Assembly (NCBI GenBank): GCA_017521145.1
Contig: JAFXDR010000033.1
Span: 1 to 40,952 of the forward strand
Length of the DNA stretch: 40,952 nucleotides
Origin: Akkermansia sp.
Lineage (GTDB): Bacteria > Verrucomicrobiota > Verrucomicrobiia > Verrucomicrobiales > Akkermansiaceae
Direction: 5' to 3'
Positions 24,801 through 33,358 of the stretch are shown here, piece after piece (position 1 is the first letter of the stretch; the number at the start of each line of letters is the position of its first letter). The notes under the pieces were generated by a model. The model saw only the letters and a program-made list of their open reading frames with translations, was not told the DNA's origin and searched no databases. The position numbers and the translations under genes were made by a program.

Positions 24801-24833
24801 GCGCCGCTCCCACCCAGGAGCGGCGCCTTTGTT
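24801..24833 (+). terminator. Intrinsic terminator
   Basis: GCGCCGCTCC-CACCCA-GGAGCGGCGC followed by CTTTGTT. Confidence 0.7.
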
Positions 24834-24871
24834 ATAAAATGATACTGCGCGCAACGCAGCTGATCTTACAC

Positions 24872-24902
24872 ATTCAAAATCAAAAATTCTACATTCAAAA
24901 TC
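24872..24902. repeat. Degenerate heptamer array
   Basis: ATTCAAA ATCAAAA ATTCTAC ATTCAAA ATT/ATC. Confidence 0.5.
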
Positions 24903-24930
24903 CTGAACCCTGCTTCCGAGAACCTTCCCC

Positions 24931-26076
24931 TCACTTCTTCGGGAACCCCACCTTGACCTTCTTGCCGCGCCATGCGCGCACAAACTGGTTCTGGAGCCGG
25001 GCTGCCGTGTGGTAGGGCTTGATGAGCACCTCCGCGGCCTCCTGCGGAGATTTACCATCCAGCAGCGCCTGGAGATACGCCTTCATGGCATCAATACCGC
25101 GCTTGCCATCCAGATGCACAAAGAAAGCAAGAGTCATCACAGACAGCATATAGGTATCCTTGCGCTGCCCCATGTATCCATACATGGTCTGCTGATCCAT
25201 GGTGAGGAAATCTTCCAGTTTGAAATCAAAATCCAAAGCACCGAAAGGAACCCGCTTCCTGGCCTCATGCAGAATCAGGGAGAAACCACGGTCGAAATCC
25301 AGGTCTTCCCCCACATAGGGCACATAGCCCACGTACTCAGCCCAGCCCTCATTGGCCCAGATAGGCAGGCGGTTCAGCATGAATTGCTGGTGGGTCAGCT
25401 CGTGCACCAGCGCGTGGGTATCAATATCCTCCCGCTGCACAGCACCGGAGCGGGTCAGCCCGAGAGATTCGAAAGGAATCATCACGCGGTCCATCACCAC
25501 CGCAGCTTCCGAACCGGGGGTCGTACCCTCGCGGGAGACAAACTGGAACACACCCGCAGAGCCCTCGGGGCCGCCGGCTTCCAGATACGCGGCCTTAGTA
25601 GGCTGCAACACGATGGCAAATTTCTTATTGCCACGGTCCAGGGTCGTGCGATGCACCGGCAGCACTCCTGCAATAGCCTTGTTGGCAGCATAGGCGCATT
25701 CGCACAGGCGCGCCACCGTCTGCTGAGCACTCGGCGGCAGCTTGACCGGGGAGACGTAGCAGTAATTGTTCGACTCATACAGGAAGCCGGGCTTGCCCTG
25801 CGGCTTGCCAAGCTCTTTCACCTCGGTCTCTTTCGGCACCGAAACCTGGCGGGGCCAGTCACCGGGATTCTTGACCCGCACATTCCTGACCCCCATTTCA
25901 CGAAGCTCGCGTTTCTTACGGCTGGCAGCCTTGCGCACATTGCGCCCCTTGTCCTTACCGGCGCGCACTGAGCTGCCGCTTCCGGTGAATCCGTCCTCCT
26001 CCTCTGCCCCGGCCTGCAAAGCCAGGGGCAGCATAAGTACGGCCGCAGCCAGCAGATAGAAACACCATTTCTTCAT
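24931..26076 (-). CDS. Exported putative Zn metallopeptidase (gluzincin-like, DUF1570/peptidase MA-like)
   Basis: Signal peptide (…LALQA|G), HELTH, and downstream PIWANEGWAEY supplying a third Glu ligand. Confidence 0.72.
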   Translation of the reverse strand: MKKWCFYLLAAAVLMLPLALQAGAEEEDGFTGSGSSVRAGKDKGRNVRKAASRKKRELREMGVRNVRVKNPGDWPRQVSVPKETEVKELGKPQGKPGFLYESNNYCYVSPVKLPPSAQQTVARLCECAYAANKAIAGVLPVHRTTLDRGNKKFAIVLQPTKAAYLEAGGPEGSAGVFQFVSREGTTPGSEAAVVMDRVMIPFESLGLTRSGAVQREDIDTHALVHELTHQQFMLNRLPIWANEGWAEYVGYVPYVGEDLDFDRGFSLILHEARKRVPFGALDFDFKLEDFLTMDQQTMYGYMGQRKDTYMLSVMTLAFFVHLDGKRGIDAMKAYLQALLDGKSPQEAAEVLIKPYHTAARLQNQFVRAWRGKKVKVGFPKK

Positions 26077-26082
26077 GCGTAG

Positions 26083-27339
26083 TCAGCGGGTAAGACCATC
26101 GCGTTTAGCCTGGTTCCAATATGCGTATTCGGAGCGGTTGAAATCCACATATTCCGGGGAAAGATCCGTGGTATACACCACATATTCCTCACTACCCAGA
26201 TTCAGATTGATGCGGATTTCGAACTCGCGGGCCTGCACCAGCTCGCGCAGGTCATCACTGGGGGTATCAGTCTGTTCGCCGCCCCGGCAGGCAGGCAGCC
26301 CGGCAATGTCGATATCCACCTTCTCCTCCACCACCAGGGCGCCGGAGTACCCCACGGCGTGAATAATGCGGCCCCAGTTCGGGTCGCCGCCATTCCAGGA
26401 GCTCTTCACCAGGTTCGACTTTGCCACACCTTCGGCCACCTTCTTTGCCTCCTCGGCCGTGGGCGCACCCTCCACCTTCACCGTCACAAACTTGGTCACA
26501 CGCTCGCCATCCTGCACAATGCGCTTAGCCTGCTCCAGCATCACATAATGCAAGGCGGCCACAAAGGCATCCCAGCCTTCAGCCCCGGGAGCCAGCTGCA
26601 CCCCCGAAGCACCATTGGCCATCACCAGCGTGGTGTCATTGGTGCTCATGTCGCCATCAATCGTGATGCGGTTGAAGGAATGCTCCACACCATCGCGCAC
26701 AATGGCATCCAGATCCTCGCGGGAAACGCCGGCGTCCGTGCAGATAAGGCAGATCATGGTAGCCATGCAGGGCGAAATCATGCCGGCACCCTTGCAGCAG
26801 GAACCAATGCGCACCGGCTTGCCGCCAATGCAGATTTCCACGGCCACTTCCTTCTCGCGGGTATCGCTGGTGATGATAGCCGAGGCCACATTGTGACCAT
26901 TAGCGGCAGAAAGGTTGGTGCAGAGCTCCGGCAGACGCGGGGTGATGCGCATCATGGGCATGGGCAGACCAATCACACCCGTGGAGCATACAGCCACCTC
27001 ACTGGGAGTGAGCCCCAGCTGTTCGGCCACCACGCGGCACTCGGTGCGGGCATCCTCCACACCGCGCACGCCGGTGCAGGCATTGGCATTGCCACTGTTT
27101 GCCACAATAGCGCGGATATTGCCGCGGGTCAGGTGGTGCTCGCTCACGCGCACGCAGGCGGCGCGCACGCGATTAGTCGTAAAAGTGCCGGAAGAAGTAG
27201 TCGGCAGCTCGGAATATACCAGAGCCAGATCCAGGCGGGTAGCCTCAGGCTTCTTGATTCCGCAGCTCAGTGCATTAGCAACATATCCCCTGGCGGCGGT
27301 CACGCCACCCTCAATGCTCTTCATGGTGCAATCAGACAT
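26083..27339 (-). CDS. argJ: Bifunctional glutamate N-acetyltransferase / amino-acid acetyltransferase
   Basis: DLAL, NSGNANACTG, STGVIG, KGAGMISPCMA|TM (autocleavage site), DGDMSTND, DGE and DPNWGRI. Start trimmed to ATG 27339. Confidence 0.95.
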   Translation of the reverse strand: MSDCTMKSIEGGVTAARGYVANALSCGIKKPEATRLDLALVYSELPTTSSGTFTTNRVRAACVRVSEHHLTRGNIRAIVANSGNANACTGVRGVEDARTECRVVAEQLGLTPSEVAVCSTGVIGLPMPMMRITPRLPELCTNLSAANGHNVASAIITSDTREKEVAVEICIGGKPVRIGSCCKGAGMISPCMATMICLICTDAGVSREDLDAIVRDGVEHSFNRITIDGDMSTNDTTLVMANGASGVQLAPGAEGWDAFVAALHYVMLEQAKRIVQDGERVTKFVTVKVEGAPTAEEAKKVAEGVAKSNLVKSSWNGGDPNWGRIIHAVGYSGALVVEEKVDIDIAGLPACRGGEQTDTPSDDLRELVQAREFEIRINLNLGSEEYVVYTTDLSPEYVDFNRSEYAYWNQAKRDGLTR

Positions 27340-27509
27340 GGTAAAATGTAAGATTCTTGGTACACGCCCACTTTGCCACATTTTCCCTGCATCTTCAAGC
27401 CTAAACGCCAATCCATGCCAGAAAAGCCAACCGCCCTCTCCTTTTCTACAAAATCATATTGATCCTTCATCAAACATCTGGAGAAGCGCCGGAAACACAT
27501 GAGCCCCCC

Positions 27510-27543
27510 CCAATAGTCAATCGTCAATAGTCAATCGTCAATC
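27510..27543. repeat. Heptamer tandem repeat (CAATAGT/CAATCGT), about 4.5 copies
   Basis: CAATAGT CAATCGT CAATAGT CAATCGT CAAT. Confidence 0.75.
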
Positions 27544-27544
27544 C

Positions 27545-27585
27545 AAAATGAACCACCCCGACTACCTTGCGGTTGCCGGGGTGGT
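27545..27585 (-). terminator. Intrinsic terminator (for hisC and/or the sRNA candidate)
   Basis: ACCACCCCG...CGGGGTGGT followed by TCATTTT on the minus strand. Confidence 0.7.
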
Positions 27586-27630
27586 GTCAACTTTTCTCTC
27601 TCTTTTACTGAACCTCGCTCTCGCGGGTAC
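27545..27630 (-). ncRNA. Candidate ~85-nt sRNA with its own promoter and terminator
   Basis: TTGACT (27664-27659), 16 bp spacer, TAAAAT (27642-27637). A 5' hairpin with a GAGA loop, a purine-rich linker, and a GCAA-capped terminator hairpin with a U-tract. Confidence 0.4.
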
Positions 27631-27692
27631 GAGCTCATTTTACATAAAAACCCTACTAAGTCAAGAGGATTTTTAATAAAATCACACTATTT

Positions 27693-28784
27693 TTACAGAA
27701 TTTTGTTCAAAACCTCGATACAGCGGGCATTTTCCCGCTCATTACCGATGGTGATGCGGATGAATTCGGTCAATCCGTACGCCGCCATGGGACGCATGAT
27801 GACCCCCTGGGCAAGAGCCTTGCGGAACACCTCCACCCCATTGCCCACATTCACCAGAATGAAATTGGTATGGCTCGGCACATACTCCAGCCCCCGGGAG
27901 GTGAAGAAATCCACATACTGCTGCCGCCCCTTGTTCACCATCTCGACCGAGCGGGCAATGTGCTCCGCATCATCCAGCGCAGCAAGCGCCCCCACCTGGG
28001 CAAAAGAGTTCACATTGAACGGCGAGCGGGCCTTATTCAGCAAGTCAGCAATCTCCGGCGTGGTAATGGCATAACCGCAGCGGGCCCCCGCCAGACCATA
28101 AGCCTTCGAGAACGTGCGCAACACCGCCACATTACGCCCCTGCTTCACAAACTGCATGCTATCCGTCTCCTCCCCGGCAAATTCGATATAAGCCTCATCA
28201 ATCGCCACCACCACATGCTCCGGCACGCGGGCAATAAAGGATTCCAGCTCAGCCTGAGTCACCATGGTACCCACCGGATTTGTCGGGTTCGTGATAAACA
28301 CCAGGCGGGTCTGCGGAGTGATGGCAGCCAGCATGGCCTCCAGATTGTGCGTCCACTTATCCCGGTTCGGGATGGAAACATAGCTTGCTCCCATCAATCT
28401 GGTCACAATCGGATAGAGCGTAAAGGCATAATCCGCGGCAATCACCTCCGTGCCGGGGCGCAGGAACGCATGCGCCAGCAGCTCGATAAGCTCACTGCTG
28501 CCATTAGCCACCACCGTATTGGCAAAAGCCACCCCATGCAGCTCAGCCACGCGGCTGCGAAGAGCAAACGAAGCACCATCCGGGTAGATATGCATACCGG
28601 CAGCAGCCCTCTGCATAGCCTCCACAGCCAGCGGCGAAGGCCCCATGGAATTCTCATTGGAAGCCAGCTTCACAATCTCTTCCGGGCGCAAGCCCAGCTC
28701 TCGGGCAGTTTCCTCGATCGGCTTGCCGGGCTGGTAAGCCACCAGCTCATACACATTCTGATTTGCGTAAGAAACAATACTCAT
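27693..28784 (-). CDS. hisC: Histidinol-phosphate aminotransferase
   Basis: YQPGKP, KLASNEN, YPD, NGSSELI, NPTNPVG, DEAY and the PLP-lysine motif RTFSKAYGLAGARCGY. Start trimmed to ATG 28784. Confidence 0.94.
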   Translation of the reverse strand: MSIVSYANQNVYELVAYQPGKPIEETARELGLRPEEIVKLASNENSMGPSPLAVEAMQRAAAGMHIYPDGASFALRSRVAELHGVAFANTVVANGSSELIELLAHAFLRPGTEVIAADYAFTLYPIVTRLMGASYVSIPNRDKWTHNLEAMLAAITPQTRLVFITNPTNPVGTMVTQAELESFIARVPEHVVVAIDEAYIEFAGEETDSMQFVKQGRNVAVLRTFSKAYGLAGARCGYAITTPEIADLLNKARSPFNVNSFAQVGALAALDDAEHIARSVEMVNKGRQQYVDFFTSRGLEYVPSHTNFILVNVGNGVEVFRKALAQGVIMRPMAAYGLTEFIRITIGNERENARCIEVLNKIL

Positions 28785-28796
28785 ATCCTGCCCCTC

Positions 28797-28824
28797 ATTA
28801 TACCCCTGCCCCCGCTCCGTGCAA
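28797..28824 (-). promoter_or_regulatory. Putative hisC promoter
   Basis: TTGCAC, 16 bp spacer, TATAAT. Confidence 0.6.
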
Positions 28825-28903
28825 GCATTCTTTCCGGCATCCGCCCCCCATCTCACGCGCCAACGGCGCGTTTTCACTCAGGCTCCGCCTGTTTCACCGA
28901 CGT

Positions 28904-28988
28904 CCGCGCAGCGCGCGGATATCGTCGCGGCACGCGCCGCGATATCGTCCACCGCAGGTGGATATCGTCGCCCGCAGGGCGATATCGT
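28904..28988. repeat. Array of four GC hairpins, each followed by ATATCGT
   Basis: CCGCGC-AGC-GCGCGG ATATCGT CGCGGC-ACGC-GCCGCG ATATCGT CCACC-GCA-GGTGG ATATCGT CGCCC-GCA-GGGCG ATATCGT. Confidence 0.8.
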
Positions 28989-29186
28989 TTCCGATGGGGC
29001 TTTCCTTACCCTCGCTCTCCCCCATTGGGACATCATGAATTACGAATTTCAGCGCCCTCTCCCTGCTCATCAGCGCGTTTTCACGCAGCCGCAGGCTGCT
29101 GAAAAAATCCCGATAAACGCAAATAATTAAATACCAGCCTCCATTGGGAAACAACACCAAGCCCCCGATGGGCGCATGTTCTGCGG

Positions 29187-30941
29187 CTACTCAAACAGGT
29201 TCGGGTAGGAACGAAGAGCGAGTTCCTTGGAAAGAGCGCGTATAGTGCGGGAATCCTCCGCCTGAAGAGCCATTTCTGCCATCTGGCGGCATTCTTCGTA
29301 GTTGAGATGACGGATGGCAAAGCGAATGAGCGGCAAGAGATGGGAACCCACGGAGAGCTCGGTGGCCCCCAGGCCGACAAGGAGCGGTACCAGGGTGATA
29401 TCACCGCCCATTTCACCACAGATGGCGGTGGGAATACCCGCTTTGATGGTCTGGTGAATCAGGCGGATAACCCCGGGATGCGTGGAGCGGAACATGCTGG
29501 CCACGCGGTAGTTCACGCGGTCCACAGCTATGGTGTACTGCGTAAGGTCATTGGTGCCGATGGAGAAGAAATCAACATAGCGGGCCAGTACATCGGCCAT
29601 CACGGCGGCGCTGGGCACCTCAATCATGATACCTACGCGCATTTCTGCATCGAATGCCTCGCCGCGGTCGCGGAGTTCGCGGCGGCATTCATCGAGAATG
29701 GTGTGTATCTCCTTCACCTCGGTAAGCCCGGAAACCATGGGGAACATGACCCCCACCTTGCCGTGCGCCGAAGCCCGGAGAATAGCTCGCAGCTGCTCCT
29801 TGAACACTGCCGGGCGGCTCAGCGACACACGAATGCCCCGCCAGCCCAGGAAGGGGTTATCCTCCTTTTCTGCCTGCTCCTCGAAAGGAAGCTTATCACC
29901 GCCGGAATCCAGGGTGCGGAAAATCACTTCCTGCGGGGCGCATTCCTCCACCAGGCGCTTGTAGTGCTGGTACTGGGTCTCTTCATCCGGCAGTCCATCA
30001 CCGCCAAGCAGGAAAAATTCGGTGCGGTACAGGCCCACGCCCTCTGCCCCGTTGCGCTTGATGGAGCCGTACTCATGCACGAACTCCAGATTGCAGGCCA
30101 CGCGGATATGGCGGCCGTCGCGGGTTTCGGCAGGCAGGTCGCGCATATCAAGCAGCGCCTGGTAGGCTTTTTCCTTCTCGGCGCGCATCTTTTCGTAATA
30201 GGCGCGGGTCTCCGGGGTGGGGTTCAGGATGAGGGTGCCATGGTAGCCGTCCAGAATGGCAGGAATGCCCATACGGGCCTCGCGCACCAGGTTCGGCACC
30301 GCTACCACCGCCGGCAGACCGAGCGAGCGGGCCAGAATGGCGGTGTGGGAAATGGAAGACCCCGCCTCCGTCACAAAGCCCAGCACATTCTGGGAGTCGA
30401 GGTCGGCGGTATCACTGGGGGTAAGGTCGTAGGCGGCCAGCAGACAGGGTTCCTCGCTCACCGCCTTGTTACGGCGGGTTCCGGCGCCCCCCTGGTCCAG
30501 ATTCTTGAGCACACGCTGCAGCACATCACCAATATCGGTCACGCGGCTGCGAAGGTACGCATCGTCCACCATGCGCATGGCTTCCATGAAATTCTGCACC
30601 ACGGCGTAGTAAACCGATTCGATATTCTGCAGACGCCTGGGCATTTCCTTGCGCATGCGTGAAATAATCATGCGGTCGCGCAGGAAAAGGAGGTGGGCAT
30701 CGAAAATGGCGGCCTCATTCGCGCCGCTCAGTTCCTCCACGCGGGTCTTGAGCAGCTTGATTTCCAGTTCCGTGCGTTCCAGCGCCGCTTCGAAGCGCTG
30801 CCACTCAGCCTCGATATCCGTGGGCAGGATGGTGCGGGTAACGGGAGCCGAGCAACCGCGGGCTTCGATGCGCAGCTTGCCCATGGCAATACCCGCCGAA
30901 ACGGGCTGCCCCTGGAACCGGCGTTCTAATCCTTCGCTCAT
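29187..30941 (-). CDS. ptsI: PTS enzyme I (phosphoenolpyruvate-protein phosphotransferase)
   Basis: IFDAH, DLTPSDT, SHTAILAR (phospho-His), GVGLYRTEF, RTLDSGGDK, NPFLGWRGIR, MIEVP, FSIGTNDLTQY and CGEM. Start trimmed to ATG 30941. Confidence 0.95.
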   Translation of the reverse strand: MSEGLERRFQGQPVSAGIAMGKLRIEARGCSAPVTRTILPTDIEAEWQRFEAALERTELEIKLLKTRVEELSGANEAAIFDAHLLFLRDRMIISRMRKEMPRRLQNIESVYYAVVQNFMEAMRMVDDAYLRSRVTDIGDVLQRVLKNLDQGGAGTRRNKAVSEEPCLLAAYDLTPSDTADLDSQNVLGFVTEAGSSISHTAILARSLGLPAVVAVPNLVREARMGIPAILDGYHGTLILNPTPETRAYYEKMRAEKEKAYQALLDMRDLPAETRDGRHIRVACNLEFVHEYGSIKRNGAEGVGLYRTEFFLLGGDGLPDEETQYQHYKRLVEECAPQEVIFRTLDSGGDKLPFEEQAEKEDNPFLGWRGIRVSLSRPAVFKEQLRAILRASAHGKVGVMFPMVSGLTEVKEIHTILDECRRELRDRGEAFDAEMRVGIMIEVPSAAVMADVLARYVDFFSIGTNDLTQYTIAVDRVNYRVASMFRSTHPGVIRLIHQTIKAGIPTAICGEMGGDITLVPLLVGLGATELSVGSHLLPLIRFAIRHLNYEECRQMAEMALQAEDSRTIRALSKELALRSYPNLFE

Positions 30942-30984
30942 ATTCCGGAAAGTGGGTGAAGGTTGATAAATCAACGGCGAGGTT

Positions 30985-31251
30985 TTAAGCCTCGCCGAAC
31001 TTGTTGTTGATGAGCTCCTCAAGAGCAGCCATAGCCTCGGCTTCATCCGGTCCGTCGGCGGTCACCGCAATTTCAGCGCCCCAGCCCACGGCCAGCATCA
31101 TGAGTCCCATGATACTCTTGCCATCCACGGCTTCATCATCTTTCTCAACCGATACATCGGCCTGAAAGCGGCTGGCTACACGCACAAACTGCGCGGCCGG
31201 GCGAGCGTGAATACCAAGCTTATTCTGAATGGTGAGCTTTTTTGTAATCAT
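30985..31251 (-). CDS. ptsH: Phosphocarrier protein HPr
   Basis: 88 aa from ATG 31251, with GIHARPAA (His15) and DGKSIMGLMML (Ser46). Confidence 0.94.
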   Translation of the reverse strand: MITKKLTIQNKLGIHARPAAQFVRVASRFQADVSVEKDDEAVDGKSIMGLMMLAVGWGAEIAVTADGPDEAEAMAALEELINNKFGEA

Positions 31252-31336
31252 GGTAGAAGTGCGGCGGTGGGGCTGTTGTTGTCTTTCATTATACTGCCCC
31301 GGAGAGAAAATGCGAGCTTTTTTTATCGGCCAGCCC

Positions 31337-32575
31337 TTATTTTTCGCGCCGGAGCAAGGCTGCGTAGGCGCCATCGGCAAGTTCGCGGTGAGGCAAAGCG
31401 AGGTAATCTTCCACAAAGGAAAAATCCTTATGCTTTGTCAGGAAAGCCTCTACCACGGCGCGGTCTTCCTCGCGGTCGATGGAACAGGTGCTGTAGACCA
31501 GGCGGCCACCGGGGCGCACCGCAGCGCAGGCCTGCTCCAGAATCTGCAGCTGGAGCGCTGCCAGACGGGTCAATTCCTCTTCCGAAAGCCGCCAGCGGGC
31601 ATCCACGCGGCGCTGCAGCACACCACTGTTCGAGCATGGCACATCCAGCAGCACCGCATCGAAAGCACCGCACCACGATTCCGGGCACGGGCGGGTCCAG
31701 TCGTGCTGCGCTACCTGAACGGCTCTGCCACCCGCACGAAGCAGGTTCTCGCGCAGCGGCTTGAGGCGGAATTCCTCCACATCGGTAGCCAGCAGCTCCA
31801 GATTGCCACCCGCAGCTGCCAGCATGGCAGCGGATTTACCGCCCGGAGCCGCACAGGCATCGAGCACGCGCTCCCCGGGCTGCGGAGCAAGGAGTTGCAC
31901 GCAGTAGCGGGTGGAGGGGTCGGTCACATACACCTGCCCTGTCCTCAGGGCATCCAGAGGCAGCGGGCCATGCAGCCGGTACCACTGGGGCAGCTGCGGC
32001 AACGGCTCCCACGACTCCGGGATTTCAGCCGGGGGATTCACCGGATTCACACGGGCATACACCGGCGGGGTGAGCGAGTTCCATTCCAGCATGGCGCGGG
32101 TGTCGGCCTCGCCGAATTCACGCAGCCAGCGCTTCACCAGCCAGGAGGGCGTGGAATAACGCACCGCGAGCGGCAGTTTTTCTGCATCGGCCTCTAGTTC
32201 AGCGCGGCGGCGGGCGGCATTGCGCAGCATGCCATTCACCACCCCGCGGACGCGCTGCGGAGCCAGGCGCACGGTCTCGCTCACAGCGGCGTGCTCAGCC
32301 TGGCGCAGAATGAAGAGCTGGCAGAGCCCCATGAGCACCAGCCAGCGCATCTTCTCCTCCAGCTTACCAGGGCGCAGGGTCTTGCGGATGTGGTCCAGCC
32401 AGCTGAGGTGGCGTAGGGTATCATACACAATGGCCTGCAACAGCGAGCGGTCGGACGGAGCGAGCTGATGCTCTGCCGCGGCACGGGCTACCAGGGTTTC
32501 CGCAAAGATACCGCCCTGCGACCAGCGCAGCAGGCATTTCCAGGCCAGTTGGCGAACTGTGGGTCGGGCATTCAT
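31337..32575 (-). CDS. rsmB: 16S rRNA m5C967 methyltransferase (RsmB/Sun) with a NusB-like N-terminal domain
   Basis: AAVSETV, VNGMLR, RYSTPSWL, VLDACAAPGGKS, DVPCSNSG and YSTCS. Confidence 0.88.
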   Translation of the reverse strand: MNARPTVRQLAWKCLLRWSQGGIFAETLVARAAAEHQLAPSDRSLLQAIVYDTLRHLSWLDHIRKTLRPGKLEEKMRWLVLMGLCQLFILRQAEHAAVSETVRLAPQRVRGVVNGMLRNAARRRAELEADAEKLPLAVRYSTPSWLVKRWLREFGEADTRAMLEWNSLTPPVYARVNPVNPPAEIPESWEPLPQLPQWYRLHGPLPLDALRTGQVYVTDPSTRYCVQLLAPQPGERVLDACAAPGGKSAAMLAAAGGNLELLATDVEEFRLKPLRENLLRAGGRAVQVAQHDWTRPCPESWCGAFDAVLLDVPCSNSGVLQRRVDARWRLSEEELTRLAALQLQILEQACAAVRPGGRLVYSTCSIDREEDRAVVEAFLTKHKDFSFVEDYLALPHRELADGAYAALLRREK

Positions 32576-32581
32576 GAGAGC

Positions 32582-33358
32582 TTATTCATCCATTTGCAGA
32601 GCCTCCGGCAGCGGCAGCTTTCCATTCCACGCCACGATGGCGCCTTTCACAGCATCCCCGCTGTGAGGCGTAAATTCGAGCTTGCCGCCGGCAGCTTCCA
32701 GAATCACACGCGCGGCGGCAAAATCCCACAGGCAGATGCGGTCTTCCACATAAGCATCAAAGCGCCCGGCGGCAATGTAGCACAGCGTGAGCGCCGCGCT
32801 CCCCAGAATCCGCATCTTACGCACCTGGCGGGAAATATGGGCAAAGCGGCGGATTCCCCTCTCGCCGGAGCCATCGTGCGTGCCATGGCCCACAAACACC
32901 ACCGCCTCACGCATCTGCCGGCGCCCGGAAACCGCAATGGGTACACCATTCAGCGTGGGCTGCTGCCCGGCGATAGCCTCGAAACATTCCTGCTGCATGG
33001 GGTCGTACACGCAGCCCAGCACCCATTCGCCCTTGTGCTGCAAGGCAATGCTCACGCAGAAGATCGGGATGCCGTAAAAATAATTCACCGTGCCGTCAAT
33101 CGGATCCACCACCCAGAGAAACTCCGCAGCGGAATCCCCCGTGTTGCCCTCCTCGCCCAGCACTGCGCTCTGCGGAAATGCTGCCAGCAAGTGCCGGGTG
33201 ATGAGTTCCTGGCTCTCCTTATCCAGCCGCAGCTTGATATCATGCAGCAGGGCTTCATCCACCAGCTTGACACTGTGAAACTGCTCGCGCAGGAATGCAC
33301 CGGCGAGCCGTGCAGCCTGCCGTGCAGCAGTAAGATAGGCTGAATAATCGACTATCAT
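32582..33358 (-). CDS. suhB: Inositol monophosphatase family protein (SuhB-like)
   Basis: LGEE, WVVDPIDGTVNY, RILGSAAL and WDFAAA. Confidence 0.82.
   Translation of the reverse strand: MIVDYSAYLTAARQAARLAGAFLREQFHSVKLVDEALLHDIKLRLDKESQELITRHLLAAFPQSAVLGEEGNTGDSAAEFLWVVDPIDGTVNYFYGIPIFCVSIALQHKGEWVLGCVYDPMQQECFEAIAGQQPTLNGVPIAVSGRRQMREAVVFVGHGTHDGSGERGIRRFAHISRQVRKMRILGSAALTLCYIAAGRFDAYVEDRICLWDFAAARVILEAAGGKLEFTPHSGDAVKGAIVAWNGKLPLPEALQMDE

Noticed and set aside
27531-27638. Possible Arg-containing leader peptide (MSSYPRERG...) for argJ attenuation
   Set aside because: Its ATG overlaps the predicted -10 box and so would not be transcribed from that promoter, and it has no Arg codon cluster.
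28904-28988. Possible mini-CRISPR array
   Set aside because: The constant part is only 7-8 bp, the variable parts are 13-16 bp perfect palindromes, and there are no cas genes. Reported as a hairpin array instead.
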